A stretch of DNA of 64,000 nucleotides from Candidatus Bathyarchaeia archaeon (GTDB lineage Archaea; Thermoproteota; Bathyarchaeia; Bathyarchaeales; Bathycorpusculaceae): assembly GCA_050012755.1 (NCBI GenBank), contig JBEKGO010000004.1:1-64000 (forward strand). Reading direction: 5' to 3'. Of the stretch, positions 30,454-40,235 are shown in pieces. Below the pieces are notes generated by a model that saw nothing but the letters and a program-made list of their open reading frames with translations, searched no databases and was not told the origin of the DNA. Made by a program: the position numbers and the translations under genes. Position 1 is the first letter of the stretch. Every line of letters starts with the position of its first letter.

Positions 30454-31206
30454 GTGTCGTTTAAAGCAAAAATGCAGGAAGCAGCCAAGAGCAAAGGTTC
30501 CAAAATTGTTTTAGCATTAGATTTTCCGTATGAATCCCCTGAGAATCGACAGAAAGTGTTATCTAAGGCCCAGAAAATTCTCAAAGCAGTTCATCCATAT
30601 ATTTGTGCTGTAAAAATAAATCATCATCTTGTTCTTCCGCTTGGCACCTTTGACGGTGTCCAGCAGCTTGTGAAGCAAATTCACGAGCAAGGGCTAATTA
30701 CAATTATGGATGCTAAAGTAAACGACATAGGCGCTACCAATCAGGTTATAGCCGAATATTTTTATGCGGCGGGTTTTGACGCCCTAATTGCTAATCCGTT
30801 CGTTGGTTGGGACGAAGGGTTGAAACCGCTCTTTGAAGTTTCTCAGAGGCTTAATCGTGGTGTGATACTTCTCTGTTATATGAGTCATAAAGGCGCAAGT
30901 GAAGGCTACGGGCAAACAATTATTGACTCTGAGACAGGCGCAAAAACATTGCAATACGTTTCTTTTGCCAGAAAAGCCTTAAAATGGGGCGCTGATGGGG
31001 TGGTGGTCGGTGCAACCTACCCTGAAAAGATAAAACAGATAAAACAGATTCTCGGCCAAAAAGTTTCAATTTACTCGCCTGGCATTGGCGCTCAAGGTGG
31101 AGTTGCGGAAACTGCGGTAAAGGCAGGCGCTAACTACTTAATTGTTGGACGAGAAATCACGATGGCAGATGATCCAGCTAAAGCGGCAAGACGGATTTGT
31201 AATTAG
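30454..31206 (+). CDS. pyrF: Orotidine 5'-phosphate decarboxylase
   Basis: LALD, DAKVNDIGAT, SPGIGAQGG, IVGREI. Confidence 0.95.
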   Translation: MSFKAKMQEAAKSKGSKIVLALDFPYESPENRQKVLSKAQKILKAVHPYICAVKINHHLVLPLGTFDGVQQLVKQIHEQGLITIMDAKVNDIGATNQVIAEYFYAAGFDALIANPFVGWDEGLKPLFEVSQRLNRGVILLCYMSHKGASEGYGQTIIDSETGAKTLQYVSFARKALKWGADGVVVGATYPEKIKQIKQILGQKVSIYSPGIGAQGGVAETAVKAGANYLIVGREITMADDPAKAARRICN

Positions 31207-31226
31207 GCAAAAAGTTTTTAGCTTTT

Positions 31227-31382
31227 CTATCGGTTGCGTTTATTTTCCCAAAGTTCTTTCTTTAGTAAATCTCGTACTGAAGAGCGGATTACGCTGCTTC
31301 TGCTTGGGTACATGTTGGCTCTTACTAATTCATCTAAACCTTCCAGATAAGCTTCTGGTAACAGGACCGTTACTAGTTTCAC
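31227..31382 (-). CDS. Ribbon-helix-helix (CopG/CdrS-like) regulator
   Basis: KLVTVLLPEAYLEGLDELV..YPSRSSVIRSSVRDLL; GGAGG before GTG 31382. Confidence 0.85.
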   Translation of the reverse strand: MKLVTVLLPEAYLEGLDELVRANMYPSRSSVIRSSVRDLLKKELWENKRNR

Positions 31383-31462
31383 TTTGTTTTTTCCTCCCTC
31401 AAACAATATCATGCATATAACATGCCACAAATATAAGAGTTAAGCACTAAACCATAACTGAA

Positions 31463-32305
31463 TCATAAGCTTCTCAGTTGGTTTAAAGTGCCCAGATAAG
31501 TTCCATCCAAAAGGTAAAGCTCAGAATTATCTACATCCACAGCTTCCGAACGCAAAACTGGTCCAATCAACGATTCTGTGCCGATTTCTTTTCTAGGTCT
31601 GGTCTCGTTTACTGGTCTGCCACCGAGAAAATCATTAAAGCTAGGCATAATAAAAATTTCTTTCGCCTTAAGGCTAGCAGCGTAATGTTTTCTGAGTGTT
31701 TCCGCAACATTGCCTTCAATTTTTATGTTGTGTTTTTGCAATAGAATCTTCCCTAAAGCCTCAGTATTACAGTTTGCTTTCATCCAGATTTGTCTTGTAA
31801 TCTTAAATCCTGCTGGATCACGGAAAACTACAACTGGATGAAGATGCCCCATTACCAATGTTTTGCATTTCAGCAAAGCTGGCGAAGGCCACTTATGGCC
31901 GTGAAAAATGCCAATGTCACCGATTATTGCTCCTGTTGCGGGCAAAAGTTTAATGTTTTCTGGCAGAAGAGGCTCAAGGTTTGCATCGTGGTTTCCCCGT
32001 ACAATAGCGATGGATCCTACATATTTCTGTAATTTAACAAAAAAATCGGGAACATCATGCCACTCTCCTAGCTCACTCGAAATGACCGTGTATTTAACGT
32101 CGCCTAGAATAACAAGTTCCTGTGGCTTGTATTTGGAGATTATTGCAGTTAATTTGTTGAGAATTTTTTCCGTTTGACTTGGGACATGAATGCCTTTTTC
32201 TTGAAATGAGGTTTCCCAGCCGAGGTGAGGGTCAGCGATAAGAAGAGTTTTAGTTTTTTCCCACTTTACGAGTGCTGCAGGATTTGGCCATAACAGTTTC
32301 AGCAT
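31463..32305 (-). CDS. Metallophosphoesterase (calcineurin-like)
   Basis: ADPHLG, LGDVK, RGNHD, FHGH, GHLHP. Confidence 0.9.
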   Translation of the reverse strand: MLKLLWPNPAALVKWEKTKTLLIADPHLGWETSFQEKGIHVPSQTEKILNKLTAIISKYKPQELVILGDVKYTVISSELGEWHDVPDFFVKLQKYVGSIAIVRGNHDANLEPLLPENIKLLPATGAIIGDIGIFHGHKWPSPALLKCKTLVMGHLHPVVVFRDPAGFKITRQIWMKANCNTEALGKILLQKHNIKIEGNVAETLRKHYAASLKAKEIFIMPSFNDFLGGRPVNETRPRKEIGTESLIGPVLRSEAVDVDNSELYLLDGTYLGTLNQLRSL

Positions 32306-33129
32306 GCAGATGTTACCAAGTTTATGATTTTTTTGTGAATTTCCAAGTTACCAGAGGCTACAAAGCTCATGGTTTGCTTGGGATCCAACTCAACGTTTAA
32401 ACCTTGATTATCAGGTTTAGTTACTATTCCGCCTGCTTCTTTGAGGATTAAGAACCCAGCGGCTACATCTGTCGTGCGCAGTTTCCCTCGAATATCAACA
32501 AACGCATCTGTTAGGCCATTAGCTACATAACACAGTTCAAGCGCATTGGCGCCAAAATGTCTGATATTTTTCGTTTTCGCGATTAATGCGGTTAATTTAG
32601 GCGCAACGTCTTTGACTTTGTAAGTGTTTAAGTCTAACCCTACAACTGCCTCCTCCAAAGCAGTAGTCTTTGAAGTTTCTATTTTTTTGCCGTCGCGATA
32701 CGCACCTTTGCCTTCAAAAGCCATATAGGTTACGTCATGGGCAAGGTCAGCAACCAGCCCCGCATAAACATCGTTTAGGGTTCGCTTTCTAGAAACTGCG
32801 ATTGAACACGCATAAAAAGGCAACCCATGCACGAAGTTAGTGCTTCCATCTATCGGGTCAACCGTAATAAAGCAACTCTCGGTTTTGGCTCCAAATTTTT
32901 TTACCCCTGCTTCCTCACTAATCAAGGTAAAAGAAACACCATACTCCTTTAGGGTGTCCACGATTGCTGTTTCAGCCGCCAAATCCACAGGTTTTATTGT
33001 GTCGCCACCAGCACCTGTGCCCAAGTTAGGTTGAGGTTCCCTGATGGTTTTAAGACATGGTTGAATGCTGGCTTGGACATTATTTTTACATTGACTGAGG
33101 ATTTCTTGCCAGTTATTTTGAGATTTCAT
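32299..33129 (-). CDS. suhB: Inositol monophosphatase / FBPase family protein
   Basis: SEE, VDPIDGSTNF, DVAAG. Confidence 0.88.
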   Translation of the reverse strand: MKSQNNWQEILSQCKNNVQASIQPCLKTIREPQPNLGTGAGGDTIKPVDLAAETAIVDTLKEYGVSFTLISEEAGVKKFGAKTESCFITVDPIDGSTNFVHGLPFYACSIAVSRKRTLNDVYAGLVADLAHDVTYMAFEGKGAYRDGKKIETSKTTALEEAVVGLDLNTYKVKDVAPKLTALIAKTKNIRHFGANALELCYVANGLTDAFVDIRGKLRTTDVAAGFLILKEAGGIVTKPDNQGLNVELDPKQTMSFVASGNLEIHKKIINLVTSAC

Positions 33130-33279
33130 TGGAATTTGGTCCTCATTTTCTTATGTACGGTCGAATTGATAAAGACTATACCTGAGTGAATTGGGCAATT
33201 GGCAGTCAAACTGTAGTCTAAATCCGAAATGCTTATATTTTCTGGATAACGTCTCAATCAGCAAGGATTCGAAGCTCCA

Positions 33280-33363
33280 ATGTCCAATTGCAAACTCAAC
33301 AAAGGAAACACTGCATCACAGTTACTTAGCTTCGACTACTACTTTTATCGTTATTTTCCATAA
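33280..33363 (+). CDS. Putative Phe/Tyr-rich leader peptide MSNCKLNKGNTASQLLSFDYYFYRYFP
   Basis: 27-aa uORF between a TATA-like box (~33234) and Asp kinase; 7 of the last 10 codons are Phe/Tyr. Confidence 0.75.
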   Translation: MSNCKLNKGNTASQLLSFDYYFYRYFP

Positions 33364-33401
33364 GCCCAGGACTGAAAAGTTTTTTAAGAAAAGTTCTGGG
33401 C
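33364..33401 (+). promoter_or_regulatory. Stem-loop directly after the leader stop
   Basis: GCCCAGGACT(33364-73) pairs with AGTTCTGGGC(33392-401); loop contains a T6 run. Confidence 0.7.
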
Positions 33402-33420
33402 AAAGCATGGGTGTATCAAT

Positions 33421-34668
33421 ATGAAAAGGACTGGCATTTGTAAAACAATTATTGTTAAATTTGGCGGTTCTAGCCTAGCTGATCACGAGAGACTCTTAAG
33501 AGCGGTGGTCGCCGTTATGAACGAAGCCAAAAAAGGCACACGCGTCGCCGTTGTGGTTTCAGCAATGGGCAAAACAACCGATGTCCTCATGACTACAGCA
33601 AAAAATGCATCCAAGGGCAAATTAGAGAAAAAAGATTTAGATGACATACTCTCGATGGGTGAACGAACCAGCATCCGCATATTCTCAACAGCTTTAAAAA
33701 CTAACGGGGCAGAATCCTGCTACTTTGATCCAATCGATAGCAACTGGCCAATCATAACAGACGCAGCATTCCAAAATGCAAATCCAATCCTAAAAGACTG
33801 CGAGAAAAACATTCGTGAATGCGTTTTGCCAGTTATAGAGAGGGGCGTTATACCTGTGGTTGCAGGTTTTCTTGGCAAAACCAAAGATGGCAAAATTACT
33901 ACTCTTGGAAGAGGCGGAAGTGACACAACAGCGTTTGTCCTAGCTGAAGCATTGGGCGCTGACGAAATTGTCTTAGTAACGGATGCAGACGGCATAATGT
34001 CAGGCGACCCAAAGTTTGTCTCCAACCCTGAACGTCTCAGCGAAATTGACGTTAACACATTAGTTGGGCTTGCTGATTCAGGAGCTAAATTCATTCACAG
34101 CAAAGCCTTGAAGTACAAACCCAAAAACATCAACATCCGAGTAATTAACCATGCACACGGCGACCTTTCCAGAGAAGGCACAGTGATTACAGGCGCATTA
34201 GCAACAGAACTAGACGCAGAAATCGCTCATCCTTTTCCAGTCGCTGAAATAACAGTAATAGGAAACGGCATCTCCGCTAATCCAAAAATCGTTCAGGAAA
34301 TGGTTGAAAAAACTAAGCAGCACTCACTTTTGCTTGGCATGTCTATGTCTACAAACTCAATTATTCTCTATGTTTCTCAGGAGAAAAACTTAGATATGCT
34401 CCTCAACAACATTCATGACATCACTAAGAACAACAAAGAAACAATTGCAATGGCAGTCAAAAAAGACTTGGTCTTCATTAAAACAAGCGGTGTGGGCTTA
34501 GAAGAAACGCATGGCATAATTGGAAAAATCAGCGAAGACCTAAGGCTCAGCGGCATTAATATTTCGGGTATTTTGACCATAACATCCAGCATTTTGCTGT
34601 TTGTAGATTGGAATGAACGGGAGAAGGCTTTGAAGTTAATTAAAAACTCATTAAGGAGTGCTAAATAA
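33421..34668 (+). CDS. lysC: Aspartate kinase
   Basis: VKFGGSSL, VVVSAMGKTTD, TTLGRGGSDTTA, ACT domains. Confidence 0.93.
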   Translation: MKRTGICKTIIVKFGGSSLADHERLLRAVVAVMNEAKKGTRVAVVVSAMGKTTDVLMTTAKNASKGKLEKKDLDDILSMGERTSIRIFSTALKTNGAESCYFDPIDSNWPIITDAAFQNANPILKDCEKNIRECVLPVIERGVIPVVAGFLGKTKDGKITTLGRGGSDTTAFVLAEALGADEIVLVTDADGIMSGDPKFVSNPERLSEIDVNTLVGLADSGAKFIHSKALKYKPKNINIRVINHAHGDLSREGTVITGALATELDAEIAHPFPVAEITVIGNGISANPKIVQEMVEKTKQHSLLLGMSMSTNSIILYVSQEKNLDMLLNNIHDITKNNKETIAMAVKKDLVFIKTSGVGLEETHGIIGKISEDLRLSGINISGILTITSSILLFVDWNEREKALKLIKNSLRSAK

Positions 34669-34674
34669 GCAAAG

Positions 34675-35475
34675 GTGAAGAAAATGAATCAAGGAAAAAC
34701 CAGACGATTAAAACGAATCATGCAATCGGATAGTCGAACAGTAATCATACCTATGGATCATGGCGTAACGGTCGGTCCAATTCAAGGATTAGCTAACATG
34801 CAGCAAATAATCAACCAACTGCTCAAAGGCGGCGCTGATGCTGTGCTAATTCACAAGGGTATCGCTAAACATGTTGACACTGGAAATGCAGGTTTAATAG
34901 TCATGTTGTCAGGCATGTCAAATCTTAGTCCAAACATAAACGCCAAAGTACAGGTGTGCAGCGTCCAAGAAGCCATACGTTTAGGCGCAGACGCAGTTTC
35001 TGTTCACGTTAACGTTGGAGCTCAGGATGAGGACAAAATGCTGATCAATCTTGGCAAAGTAGCCGAAGAATGTGACTTATTTGGCATGCCGCTGCTTGCA
35101 ATGATGTATCCACGGGGACCCAAAATTCAAAATGAACATGCCGCTGATGTGGTAGCACATGCGGCCCGAATCGGTGCAGAACTGGGCGCAGACATCATCA
35201 AGGCAAATTTCACAGGTAACGTTGATACGTTCAAAACAGTTATCGAAAGCTGCCCTGTTCCTGTTGTGATTGCGGGAGGGCCAAAATGCAAAACTTCTCA
35301 AGAAGTTCTCCAGACCACACATGAAGCTTTAGAAGCAGGCGCTTCAGGTCTTTCAATTGGAAGGAATGTGTTTCAACATGATAATCCAACACTAATAGTC
35401 AAAGCCCTTTCTGCAATAGTTCATCAAGGCGCCAGCGTGGAACAAGCGCTTAAAATTCTCGGTGAAAAAGCTTGA
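34675..35475 (+). CDS. aroA': 2-amino-3,7-dideoxy-D-threo-hept-6-ulosonate synthase (AroA', MJ0400-like)
   Basis: Class I aldolase PMDHG, MMYPRG, AELGADIIK, GRNVFQH; adjacent to DHQ synthase II. Confidence 0.9.
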   Translation: MKKMNQGKTRRLKRIMQSDSRTVIIPMDHGVTVGPIQGLANMQQIINQLLKGGADAVLIHKGIAKHVDTGNAGLIVMLSGMSNLSPNINAKVQVCSVQEAIRLGADAVSVHVNVGAQDEDKMLINLGKVAEECDLFGMPLLAMMYPRGPKIQNEHAADVVAHAARIGAELGADIIKANFTGNVDTFKTVIESCPVPVVIAGGPKCKTSQEVLQTTHEALEAGASGLSIGRNVFQHDNPTLIVKALSAIVHQGASVEQALKILGEKA

Positions 35476-36515
35476 AGGAACTCTGGGTAGAAATAGACCA
35501 AGAGGCTTCACGGCTGGAAAAAGAAAGTTTGCTTAGCATTGCCCATGAAAATGCCGACGTAGTTCTTGAAGGTGAGCAAGCGAGTACCCGCTCAGGCAGA
35601 TTGGACATTACCTTTCTTAGTGTGCTGAACGGGCAAAAAATTGCCCTACTTAAAAATGCGAATGTAAAAAGCGCCGTAAAAATCAGCATAAAAGGCAAAA
35701 AAGACGAAAATGAAGCCGCTAAAGCCGCAGAACTCGGGGTGGATTACATAATTATTAACTGCCCTGATTGGCGAGTAATTCCCCTTGAAAACTTGATCGC
35801 AAAGGCACATGGCGGCAAGAGCAAACTGATTGCCGAAGTAACGACGGCTGAGGATGCTAAAGTGGTTCTTGAAGCCTTAGAATTGGGTACAGATGGTGTA
35901 CTGCTTAAAACTTCAAATCCAGATGAGCTTGCAAAAACTGTTAAAGTTGTTAAGGGGCAAATGCCGAAAGTTGCCCTAATAACAGGTAAAATTTTATCCA
36001 TTAAACCGATTGGCACAGGTGCAAGGGTCTGCGTGGATACTGTTGACTTAATGGTTCCTGGAGAAGGAATGCTTGTCGGCTGCCAATCTGCAGGCTTCTT
36101 CCTTGTCGAAGCTGAAGTAAACGAAAACCCCTATGTACAATCCAGACCTTTCCGAGTCAATGCTGGACCAGCATCTCATTACACGTTAACCTCGCTTCAG
36201 AACACTCGTTATCTTTCCGAATTAAAAGCGGGTGACGAGGTTTTAATTATCAACAGGGAAGGAAAAGTCAGAATAACAAATGTTGGAAGATCCAAAATAG
36301 AGTTCCGCCCCCTAATCCTCATAGAAGCCGAAGCCGACGGGACAAAAATAAAAACTATACTTCAAAACGCTGAAACAATAAGAGTAGTTACGCCGCAAGC
36401 TTCAAAACCAGTGACTGAACTAAAACCAAACGATGACGTCCTAGTGCATTTATCTGCGAAAGGAGGCCGACACTTCGGCGTATCTGTGCCTGAAGAAACG
36501 GTGATAGAAAAGTGA
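35472..36515 (+). CDS. aroB': 3-dehydroquinate synthase II (AroB', MJ1249-like)
   Basis: WRVIPLENLIA, RVCVDT, RPFRVNAG, LQNAETIR, GRHFG. Confidence 0.95.
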   Translation: MKELWVEIDQEASRLEKESLLSIAHENADVVLEGEQASTRSGRLDITFLSVLNGQKIALLKNANVKSAVKISIKGKKDENEAAKAAELGVDYIIINCPDWRVIPLENLIAKAHGGKSKLIAEVTTAEDAKVVLEALELGTDGVLLKTSNPDELAKTVKVVKGQMPKVALITGKILSIKPIGTGARVCVDTVDLMVPGEGMLVGCQSAGFFLVEAEVNENPYVQSRPFRVNAGPASHYTLTSLQNTRYLSELKAGDEVLIINREGKVRITNVGRSKIEFRPLILIEAEADGTKIKTILQNAETIRVVTPQASKPVTELKPNDDVLVHLSAKGGRHFGVSVPEETVIEK

Positions 36516-37195
36516 CCTTGAGAATCTGTGTCTCGATTCTCCCAAAAGATAATGCTGAAGCTTTAGGTCTTATTGAGCGGGCAGAGAAAGCCAAAGCAGA
36601 CTTCATTGAGGTCAGGCTAGACTGTCTTGAAACCTCCAGAATCTTATCCGAGCTCTCTAAAAGCACGAAAATCCCTCTAATTGCAACAAACAAATTGCGT
36701 AGTGAAAAAGGCAGTTTCTCTGGAACAGAAACTGAGCGTCAGCAAACGCTGCTAAACGCCGCCAAAAATGGCTTCGAATATGTTGACGTTGACCTTTCAA
36801 GTCCAAAACATAAAGAAACAATCGACAGACTCAAGCAACTGGGCGCCAAACCAATAGTTTCGTTCCACAAATCTGACGGCCCACTAAGTAGTTCTGAAAT
36901 GGGTAACATTCTAAAACAAGAAATCTCCTGCGGAGCTGCTGTATGCAAAATAGTGACAACGGCAAAAAAAATCGAAGACAACTTGACAGTGCTAGACTTC
37001 ATTTCTGCAATGCCCAGCAGGGTGAAACTTGTCTGTTTTTGCATGGGCGAAAACGGCAAGGTTTCCAGACTTCTCTCGCCGATGTTTGGTGCCTTCTTCA
37101 CTTTTGCTTCACTTGAGCGAGGCAACGAAACTGCATCGGGACAAATAAGCATCCAAGACATGAGAATTGCCTACAACCTCTTAGGAGCAAAATAA
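36512..37195 (+). CDS. aroD: Type I 3-dehydroquinate dehydratase
   Basis: EVRLD, SFH, CKIVT, FCMGENGKVSR, ASGQ. Confidence 0.93.
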   Translation: MTLRICVSILPKDNAEALGLIERAEKAKADFIEVRLDCLETSRILSELSKSTKIPLIATNKLRSEKGSFSGTETERQQTLLNAAKNGFEYVDVDLSSPKHKETIDRLKQLGAKPIVSFHKSDGPLSSSEMGNILKQEISCGAAVCKIVTTAKKIEDNLTVLDFISAMPSRVKLVCFCMGENGKVSRLLSPMFGAFFTFASLERGNETASGQISIQDMRIAYNLLGAK

Positions 37196-37197
37196 CA

Positions 37198-38055
37198 ATG
37201 GTTATCTCCGGAAAAACAAAAATTTGCGGTGTAATCGGTGACCCCATAGAACACACACTTAGCCCGATCATGCATAATGCGGCGTTTGAAGCATTGAAAC
37301 TTGATTACGTTTTTTTAGCTTTCAAAGTTGAAGTCGCTAAGGTTGGAAACGCCATAGATGGCATGCGTGCTATGGGTATTCACGGATTAAACGTTACAAT
37401 GCCCCACAAAAACTCGGTCATCAAATTCTTGGATGAATTAGACCCAACTGCCAAAACCATAGCTTCAGCCAATACAATCCTAAACAAAGATGGCAAACTT
37501 TTCGGCTTTAACACTGACGGTGTAGGTGCATTAAACGCGCTGGAGCAAAACGGCGTTGCAGTGAAAGGCAAAAAAATAATGTTGCTCGGCGCAGGCGGAG
37601 CGGCAAAAGCCATAGCATATACTCTTTCACAAGAAGCCGATGAACTGGTAATTTTGAATCGAACACCTGAGCTAGCAAAAAAGCTCGCCAATCTCTTAAA
37701 ACAAAAATTTAACAAAAAAATCAATGCAAATGCGCTTACACAAAAAACGGTCAAAGACAACCTTGCCAAAGCCGATGTAATCATTAACGCTACTTCAATA
37801 GGAATGGAACCAAACGCCGACCAAACCCCAGTAGCAGCCGAATGGTTGAAGCCTGATTTGGCTGTAATGGACATAGTTTACAACCCACTTGAAACCAAGT
37901 TGGCCAAGGATGCTAAAGCGGCAGGCGCCAAAGTGGTAAGCGGGGTTGAAATGCTAATTTATCAGGGAGCTGCCTCGTTTGAAATCTGGACTGCTTGCAA
38001 GGCGCCTGTTGAAGTTATGAGGAAGGCGGCGCTTAATCACTTGTTAAAGGTGTAA
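37198..38055 (+). CDS. aroE: Shikimate dehydrogenase
   Basis: HTLSPIMHN, NVTMPHK, NTDG, GAGGAAKA. Confidence 0.96.
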   Translation: MVISGKTKICGVIGDPIEHTLSPIMHNAAFEALKLDYVFLAFKVEVAKVGNAIDGMRAMGIHGLNVTMPHKNSVIKFLDELDPTAKTIASANTILNKDGKLFGFNTDGVGALNALEQNGVAVKGKKIMLLGAGGAAKAIAYTLSQEADELVILNRTPELAKKLANLLKQKFNKKINANALTQKTVKDNLAKADVIINATSIGMEPNADQTPVAAEWLKPDLAVMDIVYNPLETKLAKDAKAAGAKVVSGVEMLIYQGAASFEIWTACKAPVEVMRKAALNHLLKV

Positions 38056-38928
38056 ATGTTGACTGGTAAAGCTACGGCTATAGCTCATGGCGCGGCAACA
38101 ATCGTTAATGCAATTGCACTCGGAAAAGGCGCAGCTTTTGGAGTTGACTTGTGGACTAAAGCTGAAGTCAAATTGACATCCGAACCGCACGTCTTCGAAG
38201 CCGAAATCATATCCGACCCAAAAGAAAGTACAGTTCTAATTGAAAAAACAGTATCTAGAGTCCTTCAAAAGTTCAGTTTAGATAAGAAGTTCGGTGCAAA
38301 AATAAAGACTTGGTCAAATATTCCAATCGCCAAAGGACTGAAAAGTAGCAGTGCGGCGGCAAACGCGGTAGCTCTCGCATCGGTAGCGGCATTAGGGAAA
38401 ACGCTTGACGACTTAGAAGTTGTAAAGTTAGGTGTCGAGGCTGCTTTTGACTCAAAAGTGACGGTAACCGGCGCTTTTGATGATGCTTGTGCTTCATATT
38501 TTGGCGGTTTTGTGATTACTGATAATTTGAGTCGTGAAGTAGTTAGTAAGTTACCTTTTGCAGAAGACTTATTGGTGTTGTTTCATGTGCCCCCAGAAAA
38601 AGCTTACACAGCAGATTCCAACGTTAAGCGGCTGCAAACAATAAAACCGCTCGTCGAGGTAGCTTACAAAGAGGCTTTAGCCGGAAACATTTGGGGGGCG
38701 TTGACACTGAACGGCTTGATTTACTCATCAGCATCAGGATACAACCCTGCAGTGGCGATAGACGCTTTGGCTGCTGGAGCATTAGCGGCTGGATTATGCG
38801 GCAAAGGACCAGCAGTAACAGCAGTAACTCCTAAAGACAAGGTTGATTCAGTTAAAGAGGCTCTGCAAAAGTACAACGGTGAAATCTTGCAAGCCCATTT
38901 GAACCATGAGAAAGCCAAGGTGCTCTAA
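38056..38928 (+). CDS. aroK: Archaeal (GHMP) shikimate kinase
   Basis: IVNAIALGKG, GLKSSSAAANA, TGAFDDA. Confidence 0.93.
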   Translation: MLTGKATAIAHGAATIVNAIALGKGAAFGVDLWTKAEVKLTSEPHVFEAEIISDPKESTVLIEKTVSRVLQKFSLDKKFGAKIKTWSNIPIAKGLKSSSAAANAVALASVAALGKTLDDLEVVKLGVEAAFDSKVTVTGAFDDACASYFGGFVITDNLSREVVSKLPFAEDLLVLFHVPPEKAYTADSNVKRLQTIKPLVEVAYKEALAGNIWGALTLNGLIYSSASGYNPAVAIDALAAGALAAGLCGKGPAVTAVTPKDKVDSVKEALQKYNGEILQAHLNHEKAKVL

Positions 38929-38930
38929 CA

Positions 38931-40235
38931 ATGACAGATGTAATCATCAAGAAAACAGAAAAATTAAGTGGCGAAGTATGTGCCCCCCCGTCAAAATCCT
39001 ATACACAGAGAATGCTCATAGCCGCTGCTTTATCAAACGGAATATCCAAGATATCTAATCCTCTCTTATCAGAAGACACCAAAGCAACCCTGCGCGCCAC
39101 AACGGCTCTAGGTGCAAAGGTAGCAACGGATGAGGATTGCTGGACAGTTACAGGCGCAAGCCCTCTTACGAATGCCAAAGAACCTATCGACTGCGGAGAA
39201 TCAGGTGCAACGTTGCGTTTCATGATCCCGGTAGCAGCATTAACATCCGACCCTTCAACTTTGATTTTTGGCGGTTCACTTGAACGCAGACCCATTGAAC
39301 CCTTAATCAAAAGTTTAGATGACCTTGGCGCAAATGTGCGTATGAAGAAACTTGGCAACAAAGACGCTGTGTTTGTTACGGGCGGCGGTATTCTTGGAGG
39401 CGAAACCTCTATTCCCGGAGATGTGAGCTCACAGTTTATTTCTGGATTAATGTTCGCTTGTCCAATGGCAAAAGTGGATACGGAAATCGCTTTAACATCG
39501 CCTCTTGAATCTGCAGACTACGTCAAAATGACTTGGGACGTGCTAGCTAAACATGAAATCAGAATAGAAGTTCACGACAACTATAGACTCATTCACATTC
39601 CAGCCAACCAAACTTACAAGCCATTTGACTCCAAGGTGCCAGGCGATTTTTCCTCCTCAGCATTTCTACTTGCTGCCTCAGCCATAACCTCTTCAAATGT
39701 CCAAATTCGCAATCTTGAATATGCTAGCCCTCAAGGAGACAAGGCGATTCTAGGCATCCTCAAGCAAATGGGCATCGTGGGAAGAGTTTGTGAAAACAGC
39801 GTTGAGATAAATGGAACGGGCAATACTCTTGAACCCCTTAATGTTGATGCAAAAAATATTCCTGATTTAGTTCCCGTATGTGCAGTGCTTGCATGCTTCG
39901 CAAAAGGCACTTCGAAAATCACGGGCGCGCAACGGCTTAAACTCAAGGAGTCGGACAGGTTGAAGTCGTTGCATCTTGAGTTGAGAAAGATGGGCGCGAA
40001 AATAAAAGTGGATTCAAGCGGCTTAACCATTGAAGGTCCCTGTAACTTGCATGGTGCAGTGATTAATCCGCATAATGACCACCGAATAGCAATGGCGTGT
40101 GCGGTTGCAGCTTTAGGTGCAAAAAACCAAACCACAATTCAAAACGCAGAATGCGTTAGAAAGTCTTATCCGCAGTTCTTCACTCATCTAAAACAAATAG
40201 GAGCTGAAATTGTTGGCGGGAAATTCGATAGGTAA
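38931..40235 (+). CDS. aroA: EPSP synthase
   Basis: PPSKS, SSQFISG, KESDR, DHRIAM, KSYP. Confidence 0.96.
   Translation: MTDVIIKKTEKLSGEVCAPPSKSYTQRMLIAAALSNGISKISNPLLSEDTKATLRATTALGAKVATDEDCWTVTGASPLTNAKEPIDCGESGATLRFMIPVAALTSDPSTLIFGGSLERRPIEPLIKSLDDLGANVRMKKLGNKDAVFVTGGGILGGETSIPGDVSSQFISGLMFACPMAKVDTEIALTSPLESADYVKMTWDVLAKHEIRIEVHDNYRLIHIPANQTYKPFDSKVPGDFSSSAFLLAASAITSSNVQIRNLEYASPQGDKAILGILKQMGIVGRVCENSVEINGTGNTLEPLNVDAKNIPDLVPVCAVLACFAKGTSKITGAQRLKLKESDRLKSLHLELRKMGAKIKVDSSGLTIEGPCNLHGAVINPHNDHRIAMACAVAALGAKNQTTIQNAECVRKSYPQFFTHLKQIGAEIVGGKFDR

Noticed and set aside
33191-33424. 77-aa ORF upstream of Asp kinase
   Set aside because: It starts upstream of the TATA-like box and has no recognisable features; the 27-aa F/Y uORF in another frame fits better.
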